In this document: piece after piece, positions 39,024 to 49,608 of the stretch
How positions within the stretch are numbered: position 1 is the first letter of the stretch
How the letters are laid out: every line of letters starts with the position of its first letter
Assembly (NCBI GenBank): GCA_021791445.1
Contig: JAJYWO010000010.1
Span: 1,304-65,303, forward strand
DNA length: 64,000 bases
Origin: a bacterium
GTDB lineage: Bacteria; Patescibacteriota; Minisyncoccia; UBA6257; UBA9933
Direction of reading: 5' to 3'
Position numbers and translations under genes: made by a program
The notes under the pieces: generated by a model
Databases searched by the model: none
What the model saw: the letters and a program-made list of their open reading frames with translations, nothing else
What the model was told of the DNA's origin: nothing

Positions 39024-40496
39024 ATGGATAATAAGCCGAAAAATATAAAAGTTATGGATATTATGCCGTCCGCAAAACGGCCTGTTTTGGTTGCGGAAAA
39101 AATTGAAAAAAAAGAAGTTGAAAAAATAGAAATTAAAAAAGCGCAGCCGGAAAAAAAGCCGGAGGAAACGAAGGCGGAGAAAGAATTTCTTTCCAAATGG
39201 TTTTATAAAAAAAGAAAAACCGATATTGAGGAGGAAATTCCGGCGGAATCCGAAGAAAAAGAGGAAATTATTAAAAAAAAAGCGGAAATAAAGCCGGAAA
39301 CAAAGCCGTCTAAGAAAGAAGATTTCTTGACCGAAGAAATCGGTCCGGAGAAAAAAAGAATAAAATTCGGCAAATACGCCATAATCGCTTTGATTTTGGT
39401 TTTTGTCGCGGGCGGCGCTTACGCGGCTTTGGAAATTTTGCCCAAGGCGGAAATTAAAATCGCGGCGAAAAAAACCGCCTGGGCTTTCAACAATAGCGTC
39501 TCGGCTTCAAAAAATTTTGGAGAAATCAGCGCGGCGAACAAGCAAATTCCGGCGAATTTCTTTTCCGAAAAGAAAAACGCAACTCTTTCTTATCCGGCAA
39601 CTGGAAAAGGACATATTAAAAAAAAGGCGAGCGGCGAAATTACGATTTACAACGCTTATGGTTCGCAGGCGCAGGGATTGGTCGCCAATACGCGCTTTGA
39701 ATCTTCGGACGGAAAAATTTTCCGCATAGAAAATAAGATTACGGTTCCGGGAGCGAAAATTGAAAACGGGAAAATAATTCCCGCGACCATAAAAGTGAAA
39801 GTTGTGGCGGATAAAGTTGGAGCCGAATACAATATCGGTCCGGCTAAATTCACCATTCCCGGATTCAAAGGAACTTCGAAATATGACGGCTTTTACGCGA
39901 GGTCCGAGAGCGCGATGACTGGCGGTTTTAGCGGCAATACGGTTTATCCGACGGACGCTGAAATACAATCCGCTAAAGAAAAAACCGAGGCTGCTTTGCG
40001 AGACAGCTCTAATTTGCTTATTTCTTCGCAAATTCCGTCGGATTTCAAAGTATTGGAAGGCGCGCGGCAGTTTAACATCACAAAAACGGAAGTTAACCAA
40101 GAAGTGACTCAAGAGGGTAATTTCTCCGTTTTTATGGAAGGTGAATTAACGGTGGTGGGGTTCAAAGAATCGGATTTGTTTGATTTGATGGCAACTTTGG
40201 CGCAGAAGGAATTGGGCGAGGGAGTTCGGGCGAAAGAATATTCGTTGGAATACGGCGCGGTTCGTCCGGATATTCAGGCCGGGAAAATTGATTTTTCAAT
40301 CAATTACAGCGGCACTTTTTGGCAACCGGTTGATATTGAGCAATTTAAAAATTCCATTTTGGGTAAAAAGGAAACGGACCTAAAGGCTTTTGTTTTTTCT
40401 TTGCCGGGCGTTGAGCGGGCAACGGTTTCTCTTTGGCCGTTTTGGGTAAAGAGCGTGCCGGATAAGGTTGAGAAGGTGAGCGTGATTGTAGAATAA
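39024..40496 (+). CDS. Membrane-anchored protein with baseplate-J-like domain
   Basis: Charged N-terminus, single TM, ASGEITIYN, GAEYNIGP, MTGG, C-terminal PFWVKSVP. Confidence 0.7.
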   Translation: MDNKPKNIKVMDIMPSAKRPVLVAEKIEKKEVEKIEIKKAQPEKKPEETKAEKEFLSKWFYKKRKTDIEEEIPAESEEKEEIIKKKAEIKPETKPSKKEDFLTEEIGPEKKRIKFGKYAIIALILVFVAGGAYAALEILPKAEIKIAAKKTAWAFNNSVSASKNFGEISAANKQIPANFFSEKKNATLSYPATGKGHIKKKASGEITIYNAYGSQAQGLVANTRFESSDGKIFRIENKITVPGAKIENGKIIPATIKVKVVADKVGAEYNIGPAKFTIPGFKGTSKYDGFYARSESAMTGGFSGNTVYPTDAEIQSAKEKTEAALRDSSNLLISSQIPSDFKVLEGARQFNITKTEVNQEVTQEGNFSVFMEGELTVVGFKESDLFDLMATLAQKELGEGVRAKEYSLEYGAVRPDIQAGKIDFSINYSGTFWQPVDIEQFKNSILGKKETDLKAFVFSLPGVERATVSLWPFWVKSVPDKVEKVSVIVE

Positions 40497-40505
40497 ATTT
40501 TTAAA

Positions 40506-40644
40506 AAAGAGACAAATGTTTTCTTGCTACCGTTCGCTTGCCCAGCGAGCTCGCTCACTGGCGCCGCTCGCTCACTCTCCTCGCTTCGCTCGGAACCATG
40601 CCCGTTCGCTCGCGGAGCCGCGCTGCGAAAATATTTGTCTCTTT
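40506..40644. repeat. 139-bp palindromic element with TCGCT-rich core
   Basis: Arms AAAGAGACAAATGTTTTC/GAAAATATTTGTCTCTTT; core contains CGTTCGCTCGC as in the iscS insert. Confidence 0.8.
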
Positions 40645-40663
40645 ATTATATATAATCTAAAAC

Positions 40664-41584
40664 ATGGCCGATATTAAAAATTTATTAAAGAACTATCTTG
40701 ATTATTTGGAGATTGAGAAAAATCGGTCGCCGAAAACGCGGGAAAATTACGAGCGTTATCTTAAAGCGTTTTTTGAATTCAGCGGAATAAAAAGCGAAAA
40801 AGAAATTAACGTTGATAAAGTGAAAGAATTCCGTTTGCGTCTGGCGCGGATGAAAAACGAGAAAGGCGAGTATCTGAAAAAATCAACACAGGCATATTAC
40901 GTTATCGCTTTGCGGAATTTTTTAAAATATTTGATTAAAAACGATTATGAAGTTTTGTCTCCGGATAAAATCGAACTGCCAAAAATTCCGGCGCGCCAGA
41001 TTAAAACCATTGAATACAAAGATATGGAGCGGCTGTTGGACGCGCCGCATCCGCCGGCTGGCGGAAATGATTTAAGAGTGTTGCGCGACAAGGCGATTTT
41101 GGAAACATTGTTTTCAACCGGGCTCCGCATTTCCGAACTTTGTTCGCTTAATCGCTACATTGACATCAATCGCGGCGAAATAACCGTGCGCGGCAAAGGT
41201 GGAAAATTGCGCGTGGTTTTTCTTTCCGACCGCGCTAAAAAAGCGCTGAAAAATTATTTGGACAAGCGCGAAGACGCGGAAGAAACGCTGTTTGTGAGTT
41301 TAACTAAATCAAAAAAACCTAAAGTTATCGGCCGAATTTTGCCGCGCACAGCCCAGAGATTAGTTGATTTCTACAGCCGCAAAGCCGGAATTTTTGAGAA
41401 AATTTCTCCGCACCAATTCCGTCACCAATTCGCCACCGACCTTTTAATCGGCGGAGCGGATTTGCGTTCGGTTCAAGAGCTTTTGGGGCATTCCAATATT
41501 TCCACCACCCAAATTTATACTCATCTAACCAATAAAGAACTTCGCGAAGTTCATAAAACATTTCACGCCCGAAGGAGAAAATAA
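40664..41584 (+). CDS. Tyrosine recombinase XerC/XerD family
   Basis: RSPKTRENY, TGLRISEL, RGKGGKLR, SPHQFRHQFAT, QELLGHSNISTTQIYTH. Confidence 0.92.
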   Translation: MADIKNLLKNYLDYLEIEKNRSPKTRENYERYLKAFFEFSGIKSEKEINVDKVKEFRLRLARMKNEKGEYLKKSTQAYYVIALRNFLKYLIKNDYEVLSPDKIELPKIPARQIKTIEYKDMERLLDAPHPPAGGNDLRVLRDKAILETLFSTGLRISELCSLNRYIDINRGEITVRGKGGKLRVVFLSDRAKKALKNYLDKREDAEETLFVSLTKSKKPKVIGRILPRTAQRLVDFYSRKAGIFEKISPHQFRHQFATDLLIGGADLRSVQELLGHSNISTTQIYTHLTNKELREVHKTFHARRRK

Positions 41585-41585
41585 T

Positions 41586-41614
41586 AAATGAAGGCCTCCG
41601 CAAGGCCTTCATTT
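41586..41614. terminator. Hairpin repeat between convergent xer and copA (copy 2 of 11685)
   Basis: AAATGAAGGCCT-ccgca-AGGCCTTCATTT; contains the copA stop codon. Confidence 0.7.
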
Positions 41615-43789
41615 GTAATATTTCATTGTTAGCGCGCTTAAGACCACACTCACCGAGGAAAACGCCATTGCCGCGGCGGCGATAGCCGGATTAAGCAGCC
41701 AGCCGAAAAACGGGTAAAGGATGCCGGCGGCAATCGGGATGCCGGCGATGTTGTAAAAGAAAGCCCAGAAAAGATTTTGTTTGATTTTTCGCAATGTGTA
41801 AGCGCTTAAATTAATGGCGGAGATGGCGTCGCGTAAATCGTTTTTAACCAGAATAATCTGGCCGCTTTCAATGGCGATGTCCGAACCCGAACCGACTGCA
41901 ATTCCCAAATTGGCTTGCGTTAAGGCCGGCGCGTCGTTGATGCCGTCGCCGACAAAAGCCACGATTTCTCCCTGCGCTTGCAGGTTTTTTATTTCCTGCG
42001 ATTTTTCCTGAGGCAGGACTTCAGCCAATATTTTTTCTATGCCAAGCTGTTTGGCAATGGCTTCAGCGGTTCTTTTATTGTCGCCGGTAATCATCGCCGT
42101 TTTTTTGCCGGCCTCGCGCAGTTTTTTAACGGCTTCAATGGAAGTTTCTTTAAGCGTGTCCGCCGCGGCGATTAAGCCGATTATTTCTTTGTCTGCGGCG
42201 AGAATCATCACGGTTTTCCCTTGTTGTTCCAAATTTGAGATATTTTTTTCAATTTCATCGCTTATATTTATATTGAAACCGGCCATTAAATTTTTATTGC
42301 CGATTAAAATTTTTTGATTTTTAATTTCCCCTTTTGCTCCTTTTCCCGGAATCGCCTCAAAATTTTCAACTTCAAACAATCCCAGATTGTTTTTTTTCGC
42401 CTCGTCAACAATCGCTTGCGCCAAGGGATGTTCGGATTTTTTCTCCAAACTCGCCGCCAGTTTTAAAACATCGTTTTTTGCAATTTCCATAATATCCGTT
42501 ACTGTCGGTTCGCCGCGGGTCAAAGTTCCGGTTTTGTCAAAAACAACCATAGTGATTTTTTTGGCGATTTCCAAAGCGTCGGCGCTTTTGATTAAAATTC
42601 CTTTTTGCGCCGCTAAGCCCGTTCCCATCATTATCGCCGTGGGAGTCGCCAAGCCCAAGGCGCAGGGGCAGGCGATAATCAAAACCGTGACAAAAATCAC
42701 TAAGCTGAATGTGGCGCTTTGTCCAGTTAAAAACCAGATAATGGCGGCCAACACAGCGATAGCAATAACACTGGGCGTGAAATACAGCGAGATTTTATCA
42801 ACCAAAAGCTGAATCGGCGCTTTTGATTCCATAGCTTCCTGAACCACTTTGATGATTTGCGCCAAAATCGTATCTTTGCCAATTCTTTTCGCTTCAATTT
42901 TCAGAAAGCCGGTTTTATTGATGGTCGCGCCGATAACATCGTCTCCAACTTTTTTTTCAACCGGAATGCTTTCGCCGGTAATCATTTTTTCGTCAACTCC
43001 CGAATATCCTTCAATGACTTTGCCGTCAACCGGAATTTTTTCTCCGGGCTTTACCAAAACAATATCGCCGATTTTTATTTCCGCGATGTTGATTTTTATT
43101 TCTTTGCCGTCTCTTATGATAACCGCTTCCTTCGGTTGGAGGCCGATGAGTTTTTTAATCGCCTCGTTAGTTTTGCCTTTGGTTTTGGCTTCAAGATATT
43201 TGCCGAGGGCGATGAAAATCAGAATCAAAGCCGCGCTTTCAAAATACAAATCTCCGGAAACCGATAATACTAAAATAATCAGGCTGTAAAAATAAGCCAC
43301 GGCAGTGCCGATGAAAATCAAAGAATCCATATTGGGCATAAACCGGAGCAAGCTTTTAAATCCCGATTTCCAAATGTCAAAACAAGCGGCGATAATCGCG
43401 GTTGCCAAAACAAGCTGAATAATATCACTTGCTTGTTTTGCCAAGGGCAATTTTGGCAATCCGACAAGCGACGCCATTACAGCGTAAATAATCGGCAAGC
43501 CGAAAATAAGCGAAAAAACAAAGCGGTTTCTCAATTTTTTCGCCGGTTCTTCGGGATGATGGTGCTCGTGGTCTATTTCGTTTTCTTCCATCGCTCCGTA
43601 GCCGAGTTCGCCGATGATTTTTTTAATCGTGTCTTTGCCGATTTTTTTCTCGTCAAATTCAATACTGGCTTTTTCCGAAGCAAAATTCACGCCGGCATTT
43701 TTTATACCCTCGGTTTTTTTCAAAACGTGTTCAATGTTGGCGGCGCACGACGCGCAATCCATATCGGTAATTTTGAGAATTGTTTTCAT
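41609..43789 (-). CDS. copA: Copper-translocating P1B-type ATPase
   Basis: [37 protein letters not shown] and MAFSSVSV copper signatures. Confidence 0.93.
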   Translation of the reverse strand: MKTILKITDMDCASCAANIEHVLKKTEGIKNAGVNFASEKASIEFDEKKIGKDTIKKIIGELGYGAMEENEIDHEHHHPEEPAKKLRNRFVFSLIFGLPIIYAVMASLVGLPKLPLAKQASDIIQLVLATAIIAACFDIWKSGFKSLLRFMPNMDSLIFIGTAVAYFYSLIILVLSVSGDLYFESAALILIFIALGKYLEAKTKGKTNEAIKKLIGLQPKEAVIIRDGKEIKINIAEIKIGDIVLVKPGEKIPVDGKVIEGYSGVDEKMITGESIPVEKKVGDDVIGATINKTGFLKIEAKRIGKDTILAQIIKVVQEAMESKAPIQLLVDKISLYFTPSVIAIAVLAAIIWFLTGQSATFSLVIFVTVLIIACPCALGLATPTAIMMGTGLAAQKGILIKSADALEIAKKITMVVFDKTGTLTRGEPTVTDIMEIAKNDVLKLAASLEKKSEHPLAQAIVDEAKKNNLGLFEVENFEAIPGKGAKGEIKNQKILIGNKNLMAGFNINISDEIEKNISNLEQQGKTVMILAADKEIIGLIAAADTLKETSIEAVKKLREAGKKTAMITGDNKRTAEAIAKQLGIEKILAEVLPQEKSQEIKNLQAQGEIVAFVGDGINDAPALTQANLGIAVGSGSDIAIESGQIILVKNDLRDAISAINLSAYTLRKIKQNLFWAFFYNIAGIPIAAGILYPFFGWLLNPAIAAAAMAFSSVSVVLSALTMKYYK

Positions 43790-43795
43790 ATTATT

Positions 43796-44827
43796 TTATA
43801 TTCCGCAGCCGCTTTGTTGCTGAGGAGCCGGAGCGCTGTCAATGCCGCAGCCGCTTCCGCCGGAAGATTTTTGGGTTTTCGCGGTTTGCGAAGAGATTTT
43901 TCTGTATCCGGACGCGCTGGAATAATCAGCTCCGAGAATTTCAATTGGATCAACATTTTCCCATTCAATTCCTTTATTTTTCATATAAGTCGCGATGGTG
44001 AGATAAGTGTCCGGAAACCAGTAGGAATTTACGGCCAAAGCCGCATTCCACATTTCTTGTTCGCTCGCGTTTTGCGAAGCCATCAGCTCCAGAAGTCCAA
44101 GCATCGCCATCCCGTGGTTGCAATCCGGAAAATGCGTTGAATTGCCGCAGCACGGCCGGTAAACGCCTTTGGAAACTTTTTCCACCAGTGCCTGTTGTTC
44201 GTCGGTCAATTCAAGAAGCCGGTGCTTGCTGTAATGTTCCATTGCGTTTCCCTTGGCGATTGTCCATCCAGCGGTTGAGGCGAAATTTTCGGCTCCGCCG
44301 TAGCGCGGGTCCGCCATTTCTCCGTTTTCCAGAATCGGATTTTTGTTTGCCAAGCCGAGCGCCCACAGCAGATTCAGCAGATATCCGGAATTTTCATTTG
44401 TTATTCTGAGTTTGCCGTTGTTTTTCCCGAGGAGCAGATTCTCGTATTCTTTGGCGAACGCGTCGCGCTGTTCGTATATTGATTTGAATTTGTCGGCGTC
44501 AATGGCGCCTGAATTCACGAGTTGAAGTCCGAGATCGCCCCAGACAGCGGGCAAAACAACGCCTTCGGACGGCAGAACTTTTTCTTCAAGTTCGGAAATT
44601 GTTGTTTCGGAGACGGAGGCATTTTGCGTTTTCGGCAGGGTGCCGGATTTCAGTCCTACGGAATACACCCATGTTCCGGAAATCAATATCGCTGAAATAA
44701 GAATGCTTGTGCCGATGCCGATATTGAAGCCCGAGGATTTTTCCGCGCCGGCGTTTTGAATTGTTTCTTCCGCGTTTTGCGCTTGCACATCTTCAATTAT
44801 TTGATTTTGATTTTTTTGTTCTTCCAT
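43796..44827 (-). CDS. Membrane-anchored hypothetical protein with Cys/His motif
   Basis: Single TM; RPCCGNSTHFPDCNHG; two C-terminal SGCGI. Confidence 0.8.
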   Translation of the reverse strand: MEEQKNQNQIIEDVQAQNAEETIQNAGAEKSSGFNIGIGTSILISAILISGTWVYSVGLKSGTLPKTQNASVSETTISELEEKVLPSEGVVLPAVWGDLGLQLVNSGAIDADKFKSIYEQRDAFAKEYENLLLGKNNGKLRITNENSGYLLNLLWALGLANKNPILENGEMADPRYGGAENFASTAGWTIAKGNAMEHYSKHRLLELTDEQQALVEKVSKGVYRPCCGNSTHFPDCNHGMAMLGLLELMASQNASEQEMWNAALAVNSYWFPDTYLTIATYMKNKGIEWENVDPIEILGADYSSASGYRKISSQTAKTQKSSGGSGCGIDSAPAPQQQSGCGI

Positions 44828-44835
44828 AAGTTTAT

Positions 44836-45618
44836 TTAGAAAGCGAAAATGGCGATGCCGAGAATAATCATGGCAATGCCACTGATCGTTTTCATTTGTT
44901 TATTATTGACTCTTTTCCATTCCATCACTTTTTCCGTAAGAGATTTATCGCTGGTTATCAGCAGAATCGCGACAAGCGGAAGAATGAAAATCAGATTGTA
45001 CAGCAGAAGATAGCCGATTCCGGAATAATAAGTGTTCTGGTCATGAAGCAGTCCTAGCACCATCAGATACGGGCCGCCGGTGCAGGGAAATTCGCAGAGC
45101 CCGACAAGGACGCCCAGAAAAAACGCGGCCAATAAGGACGTTTTATCCATAAGTTCCGCCATTTTATTGTGCGCGATTTTCGGAATTTTTATTCTTATCG
45201 GAAACGATGGAAACAGCGCGCTTATGGCGCTTATCGCTCCGACGGCGATTAGAAGGACTGCTCCGACTTTTGCCATAAAATGCGGTGTGTTGAAAAGATG
45301 GAGAACCTGCAGAATTCCGAGCCCAATAAGGACATAAACGGCGAGAATTCCCAAAATGTAAAACCCTCCGATTTTCAAAATATCCGAACGCGTTTTTTCG
45401 ATGGTGAAAAGAAAAGCGATTGTCAGGAGCAGGATTGAAAACGCGCAGGGATTGACGCTGTCAATTATCGCCGCAACGCTTACGAGCGGCAGAAGCCATT
45501 TGCCGTGATCGCTTATATTCCACAAGGCGGCTGTTCCAATATTGCTTTCTTTCAGAAATATTGCCGCGCCGAAAACTAACAATGCGATTGCGGAAATAAA
45601 TATCAGTTTTTTGCTCAT
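44836..45618 (-). CDS. CcdA/DsbD-TM-like membrane redox or transport protein
   Basis: Multi-TM with DSVNPC and EFPCTGGPY. Confidence 0.8.
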   Translation of the reverse strand: MSKKLIFISAIALLVFGAAIFLKESNIGTAALWNISDHGKWLLPLVSVAAIIDSVNPCAFSILLLTIAFLFTIEKTRSDILKIGGFYILGILAVYVLIGLGILQVLHLFNTPHFMAKVGAVLLIAVGAISAISALFPSFPIRIKIPKIAHNKMAELMDKTSLLAAFFLGVLVGLCEFPCTGGPYLMVLGLLHDQNTYYSGIGYLLLYNLIFILPLVAILLITSDKSLTEKVMEWKRVNNKQMKTISGIAMIILGIAIFAF

Positions 45619-46124
45619 TATGGAGTTACAACGGCGGTTAATTGAAGTTCAATCGGGTCGCCCGCGTTGTTTTCAATTATTACCGCCCTTTGGATTTTGC
45701 CAACGCCGGCCGGACCATGCGCCGCCGGGTCAAAAACGGCTTCTATTGTCGCTTCTTCGTTGGAATCGATTATCTGATTTATCACCGGAATAACGCCATG
45801 GCCGGGCATTCCGTAAGGCCCCATTTTTTTGCCCTTAATCATAAGTTCGGCGGTTGTGCACATGCACGAAGTGTATATCTTGCTTATAGTCGTTGCTTCA
45901 TTTCCGTTATTTTTAATTTTAAAATCGTATTTTACTTTTCCGGCGGTCATTGAAATTTCGCCGAAATCATAATTATTAACTCCTTCAACAACCAATGTTC
46001 CGTTATTTTGCGCCGGAATCGCGGATTTGTTTTTTCCGCTGCTCTGCTGTTTTGGTTCCGCGAACCAGATGATTCCGCCGAGCAGCGCGGCCGCGACAAC
46101 GGCGCTGATGACAATTTTGTTCAT
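45618..46124 (-). CDS. DUF1573-domain protein
   Basis: YDFGEI, TSCMCT, FDPAAHGPAGVG. Confidence 0.8.
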   Translation of the reverse strand: MNKIVISAVVAAALLGGIIWFAEPKQQSSGKNKSAIPAQNNGTLVVEGVNNYDFGEISMTAGKVKYDFKIKNNGNEATTISKIYTSCMCTTAELMIKGKKMGPYGMPGHGVIPVINQIIDSNEEATIEAVFDPAAHGPAGVGKIQRAVIIENNAGDPIELQLTAVVTP

Positions 46125-46168
46125 AATTTTATTTTATAGTGTTTATTAATTTTTTAATTACTACTCTC

Positions 46169-46214
46169 AAAGTATAACATTTTATTGTCGATCGTCGACG
46201 AAATGTTATACTTT
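46169..46214. repeat. 46-48-bp palindromic repeat, copy 4
   Basis: AAAGTATAACATTT...GTCGATCGTC...AAATGTTATACTTT upstream of the copper operon. Confidence 0.85.
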
Positions 46215-46279
46215 TTATTTTTATTTGTTTATCGATAAAGTTAAACGAGTGTGCGGAAAAAATCCCGCTGCGTTGGGAT

Positions 46280-46696
46280 TTACGCGGTCGAAGGGCTGTT
46301 TTCGCGCAAAGAGAGCCAATGAATGAATTTATGGCGAAAGCGCGGAATAGTTTTTAAATAAACCTGCTGGAGCCGAAAAAGCGAAAAAGCGGTTTTAACG
46401 GGATTTTTTAACAGAATTCGCGCGGCGATTTTCGCAATCGCAAATAATAAAACAGCGGCGAGCAATAGAATCGCGGCATCGTTAAAAATCGCGTTTAATG
46501 TTTTTTTGAAAAAATCGAGGTGAAGAAAAAAATAATCAATCGGATTGTTGTTTCCCATGCAATTTATTCCTTGCGTAACCGCCGCGGCGCAACCGCCGTG
46601 ATTTTTCATTATCGTTTCCATACCGAAAACGCCGAATAAGGCGACGGACGCGAATCCTATTAACAATAGAATGGAGAACGATGTTTCTATTTTCAT
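46280..46696 (-). CDS. Small membrane protein (Cys/His-containing), hypothetical
   Basis: Two TM segments, HGGC...C, ends WLSLRENSP; TGCTATAAT lies 9 nt before ATG 46696. Confidence 0.7.
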   Translation of the reverse strand: MKIETSFSILLLIGFASVALFGVFGMETIMKNHGGCAAAVTQGINCMGNNNPIDYFFLHLDFFKKTLNAIFNDAAILLLAAVLLFAIAKIAARILLKNPVKTAFSLFRLQQVYLKTIPRFRHKFIHWLSLRENSPSTA

Positions 46697-46752
46697 GATT
46701 TTCAGATTATAGCACGCTTTTTTATTTTTCAACAGAATGTTAAAATAAATAA

Positions 46753-47175
46753 ATGTGGATAATCTACGCTTTTATTTCTTCAATCGCCGCGGCCTTGGTC
46801 GCCGTATTCGCCAAGCTTGGGCTGAAAGAAATTGATTCCACTTTGGCGACGATTGTTCGCTCCATGATAATGGCGCTGTTTTTGGTGGCCACGGGATTTT
46901 TTCTGAAAAAATTTGAGGGGTTTTCTTTGGGTTCTTTCAGTCAAAAAGATTGGATTTTAATTGTCGCGGCCGGCATTGCCGGAGCGATTTCTTGGTTGTT
47001 TTATTTTCTCGCGCTTAAAAGCGGTCCCGCAACCGCCACGGTGGCGATAGACAGATTGAGCATTGTTTTTGTCGTGATTCTCGCCGCCTTATTCTTGGGC
47101 GAGGCGTTCGGCTGGAAATCCGCCCTTGGCGCGCTTTTAATGGTTCTCGGCGCCCTGTTGATTGTTTTGAAGTAG
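46753..47175 (+). CDS. EamA/DMT family transporter (single domain)
   Basis: AKLGLKEIDSTLAT, SWLFYFLAL, IDRLSIV, FLGE. Confidence 0.9.
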   Translation: MWIIYAFISSIAAALVAVFAKLGLKEIDSTLATIVRSMIMALFLVATGFFLKKFEGFSLGSFSQKDWILIVAAGIAGAISWLFYFLALKSGPATATVAIDRLSIVFVVILAALFLGEAFGWKSALGALLMVLGALLIVLK

Positions 47176-47469
47176 AAAAAATTTGTTAACATTTTGACAA
47201 GTTAATCGTTATATTATATAGCAAGTTCTTTGGAAAAGCCCGGATGTTAACTTTTTAAGCCGAACACTCGGCTTTTTTTAAAGAATTAAGAAAAATATGG
47301 AACCTAAAATAAATTTTTGGGAATTTTGCGCGCGTGTATACGAAATTTACAAGTATATAATAATTACCGGGTTTAGTTAGTTTAGTTATGGACTTATTCC
47401 CGCCAGAGGCGGACAGGCGCGCGAATAGTGGAATAATAAGAAATAAAATAAAAAATTTGTAAAATGAAT

Positions 47470-47600
47470 CGCGGGCTTGACTTTTGGGGTGAGATATGCT
47501 TATATAAATATAGTTTAAACACGGGATTGAACTTTGAAAAACATTCGTCATAGACGGATAAAATGATAGATAGAAAATTTTAGATAAGGAGGATAAGGAG
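47470..47600 (+). promoter_or_regulatory. Repeated promoter-leader cassette, copy 1
   Basis: CGCGGGCTTGACTTTTGGGGTGAGATATGCTTATATAAAT, boxA-like CTTTGAAAA, hairpin, GGAGGATAAGGAG before ATG. Confidence 0.85.
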
Positions 47601-48641
47601 ATGAATGAAATTTCCACGATAAAATTAATGTGGTTAACTGTTAATCGCGAATGTAATTTCCGTTGTAATTGGTGTTATGCGGCAGGAAGCGAATATCAGG
47701 CAAAAGATGAAATGTCTTTGCCGTTCGCTCTTGATCTTCTTGAAATTGCAAAACAACTTGGGATTGGCAAGTTATTTCTAATCGGGGGAGAGCCAACCCT
47801 TTGGCCTTATTTGTTTGATTTTAATGACGCGATGATATCCGCTAAAATAAAATCTACGCTTGTAACTAATGCGTATAGATTTTCTAGCGATAGGTTTTGG
47901 AGGAAATACATTGAGCATCCAAATACCCATATAGGCGCTTCATTTAAAGCTTTTAATCCGAAAAGTTTGATTGAGAATACAAAGGCCACTGCATTCGCCG
48001 ATGTTACAAAAGGTCTTCAAAGAGTTTTTGAATATCAACCAAATAGTATAGCCAGTTTTGTGTATTCACGGCCATATGTGTCTCATTTCCTGGATATGAT
48101 GAAATATGCCGTTGACTGCGGAGCATTTGGTGTGTCTGTGAATTTTTGTTCTCCGGCTATACACAAAGACCGCATAGATGATAAATTCTTAATTGATATT
48201 GACGTATTAGTTAAGGAAATAATATCTACTTATGAAGAAGCGCATGCGATTACGGGCGGTCGTCTTGTGTTTGTTATGAAACACCCTCTTTGTATTTGGC
48301 CTAAAGATTTTATTCAAATTTTGAAAGACAGGGGGCAGATTTCAACCACATGTCACCTCCAACATCAATCAGGGGGCATTATTGATACAGACGGTTCATT
48401 GTTAATTTGCAACAGCATGTTTGGCTTCCCCGTTGGCAGATACGGACAGGATTTTAAATCTGCCGAGTCGCTGGCAACTTTTTTTGGATCAAAGCAAATG
48501 AGAAATTACTTTGCTCAAGTAAGGGCGTATCCTTCCAAGAAGTGCATTGATTGTGAAGTCTTTGAAGACTGTTCAGGGGGTTGTCCATTGTTGTGGACAG
48601 TGTATTCGCCTGACAGCGTAATTACAGGGTGGTCAAAGTAG
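47601..48641 (+). CDS. Radical SAM/SPASM-domain protein (rSAM-1)
   Basis: CNFRCNWC, GGEP, SPASM C...DGSLLIC...CIDCEVFEDCSGGC. Confidence 0.93.
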   Translation: MNEISTIKLMWLTVNRECNFRCNWCYAAGSEYQAKDEMSLPFALDLLEIAKQLGIGKLFLIGGEPTLWPYLFDFNDAMISAKIKSTLVTNAYRFSSDRFWRKYIEHPNTHIGASFKAFNPKSLIENTKATAFADVTKGLQRVFEYQPNSIASFVYSRPYVSHFLDMMKYAVDCGAFGVSVNFCSPAIHKDRIDDKFLIDIDVLVKEIISTYEEAHAITGGRLVFVMKHPLCIWPKDFIQILKDRGQISTTCHLQHQSGGIIDTDGSLLICNSMFGFPVGRYGQDFKSAESLATFFGSKQMRNYFAQVRAYPSKKCIDCEVFEDCSGGCPLLWTVYSPDSVITGWSK

Positions 48642-48654
48642 ATTGACCATAACG

Positions 48655-48693
48655 AATCCTCTGGCGCATCGTAACGCGTCAGAGGATTTTTTT
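48655..48693 (+). terminator. Intrinsic terminator after rSAM-1
   Basis: AATCCTCTGGCGC...GCGTCAGAGGATT followed by a T run. Confidence 0.7.
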
Positions 48694-48729
48694 GCTAAAT
48701 CGAAAATTATAAGTTATATTAATAAAATC

Positions 48730-49365
48730 ATGCTTGTTATACCCATAAAATTTCAATTTAATATTGAATCCGAGGTGCGCAGAGTAAGGGAGACTCTTGA
48801 TAATTTTAAATGGCTTACCAAAAATAATTACAGGTTTCTTTTGCCGAACGGCATAAAGGATTCTAAAGACATAAAAATAGAAATGATTAGAAAGTTAGTG
48901 GAAGATGAGTATGACTTGAATATTTATCAGATTGCCGAGAGCGCCATTTTAAAATCATGGGAAGGGAACAGTGGTTTAATGAGAAAAATTAACCAAAAGA
49001 TGAATGGTTCGTATATGTTGGATGAGGTCACTGTAATTTTAACCAGATATGGCACTCAGGGAAGCTATATGACACCTAATTCAGCGATTATAAATATTTC
49101 TAATATTCCTTCCGAGTTTCTAATTAAAACTGTTATACACGAGTCCTTGCATTTAATGATTGAACATTTAATCAAAAAATATTCAGTTGAGCATTGGGTT
49201 AAGGAACGTATAGTAGATTTAATAATGGATTTTGAATATAAATCTCGTTTTAAAATGCAGTCTGCGCCTAATTGGGTTTTTATTACAGATGAGATATTTA
49301 AAGGGTATTATCCGGATATGAATTTAATAATAGAAGGGGCAGCTAAAATTTTTCCTGATAAGTAA
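48730..49365 (+). CDS. HExxH-motif protein 1 (zincin-like)
   Basis: LTRYGTQGSY, VIHESLHL, HWVKE; start moved to ATG 48730 past the terminator. Confidence 0.8.
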   Translation: MLVIPIKFQFNIESEVRRVRETLDNFKWLTKNNYRFLLPNGIKDSKDIKIEMIRKLVEDEYDLNIYQIAESAILKSWEGNSGLMRKINQKMNGSYMLDEVTVILTRYGTQGSYMTPNSAIINISNIPSEFLIKTVIHESLHLMIEHLIKKYSVEHWVKERIVDLIMDFEYKSRFKMQSAPNWVFITDEIFKGYYPDMNLIIEGAAKIFPDK

Positions 49366-49377
49366 TTTGCTGTGTAT

Positions 49378-49422
49378 AAAAAAAGCCCTCAGCACATTTA
49401 ATTAAAAAATGTGCCGAGGGTT
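49378..49422. terminator. Terminator between HExxH-1 and peptide A
   Basis: CCCTCAGCACATTT...AAATGTGCCGAGGG with an A run on the left (U tract on minus strand). Confidence 0.7.
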
Positions 49423-49446
49423 GTCGTTTCGGATGGAGATATTCTC

Positions 49447-49608
49447 TCACTCGTCTGCACAGTCGCAATTGCATTCGCATGCTCCCCAGCCGCCATCACA
49501 ATTACTGGTTATACAGTCACAATCACCGCGGATTTGAGGGGAAAAGCCTTTGACGCTTCTCGTGCATGGTATTTCCGTTGTCTTAAGGAATCTAACGAAT
49601 TTATCCAC
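49447..49608 (-). CDS. Putative RiPP precursor peptide A (53 aa, Cys/Asp-rich)
   Basis: Not in ORF track. AAGGAGGTGA SD, GTG start; MDKFVRFLKTTEIPCTRSVKGFSPQIRGDCDCITSNCDGGWGACECNCDCADE; own TGTTAATAT extended -10 and terminator. Confidence 0.8.
   Translation of the reverse strand: MDKFVRFLKTTEIPCTRSVKGFSPQIRGDCDCITSNCDGGWGACECNCDCADE

Noticed and set aside
39024-41584. Baseplate-J-like gene plus tyrosine recombinase as a prophage
   Set aside because: No terminase, capsid, portal or tail genes; both look like chromosomal genes
47255-47617. 120-aa minus ORF (and 53093-53305)
   Set aside because: Antisense readings of the repeated promoter cassette
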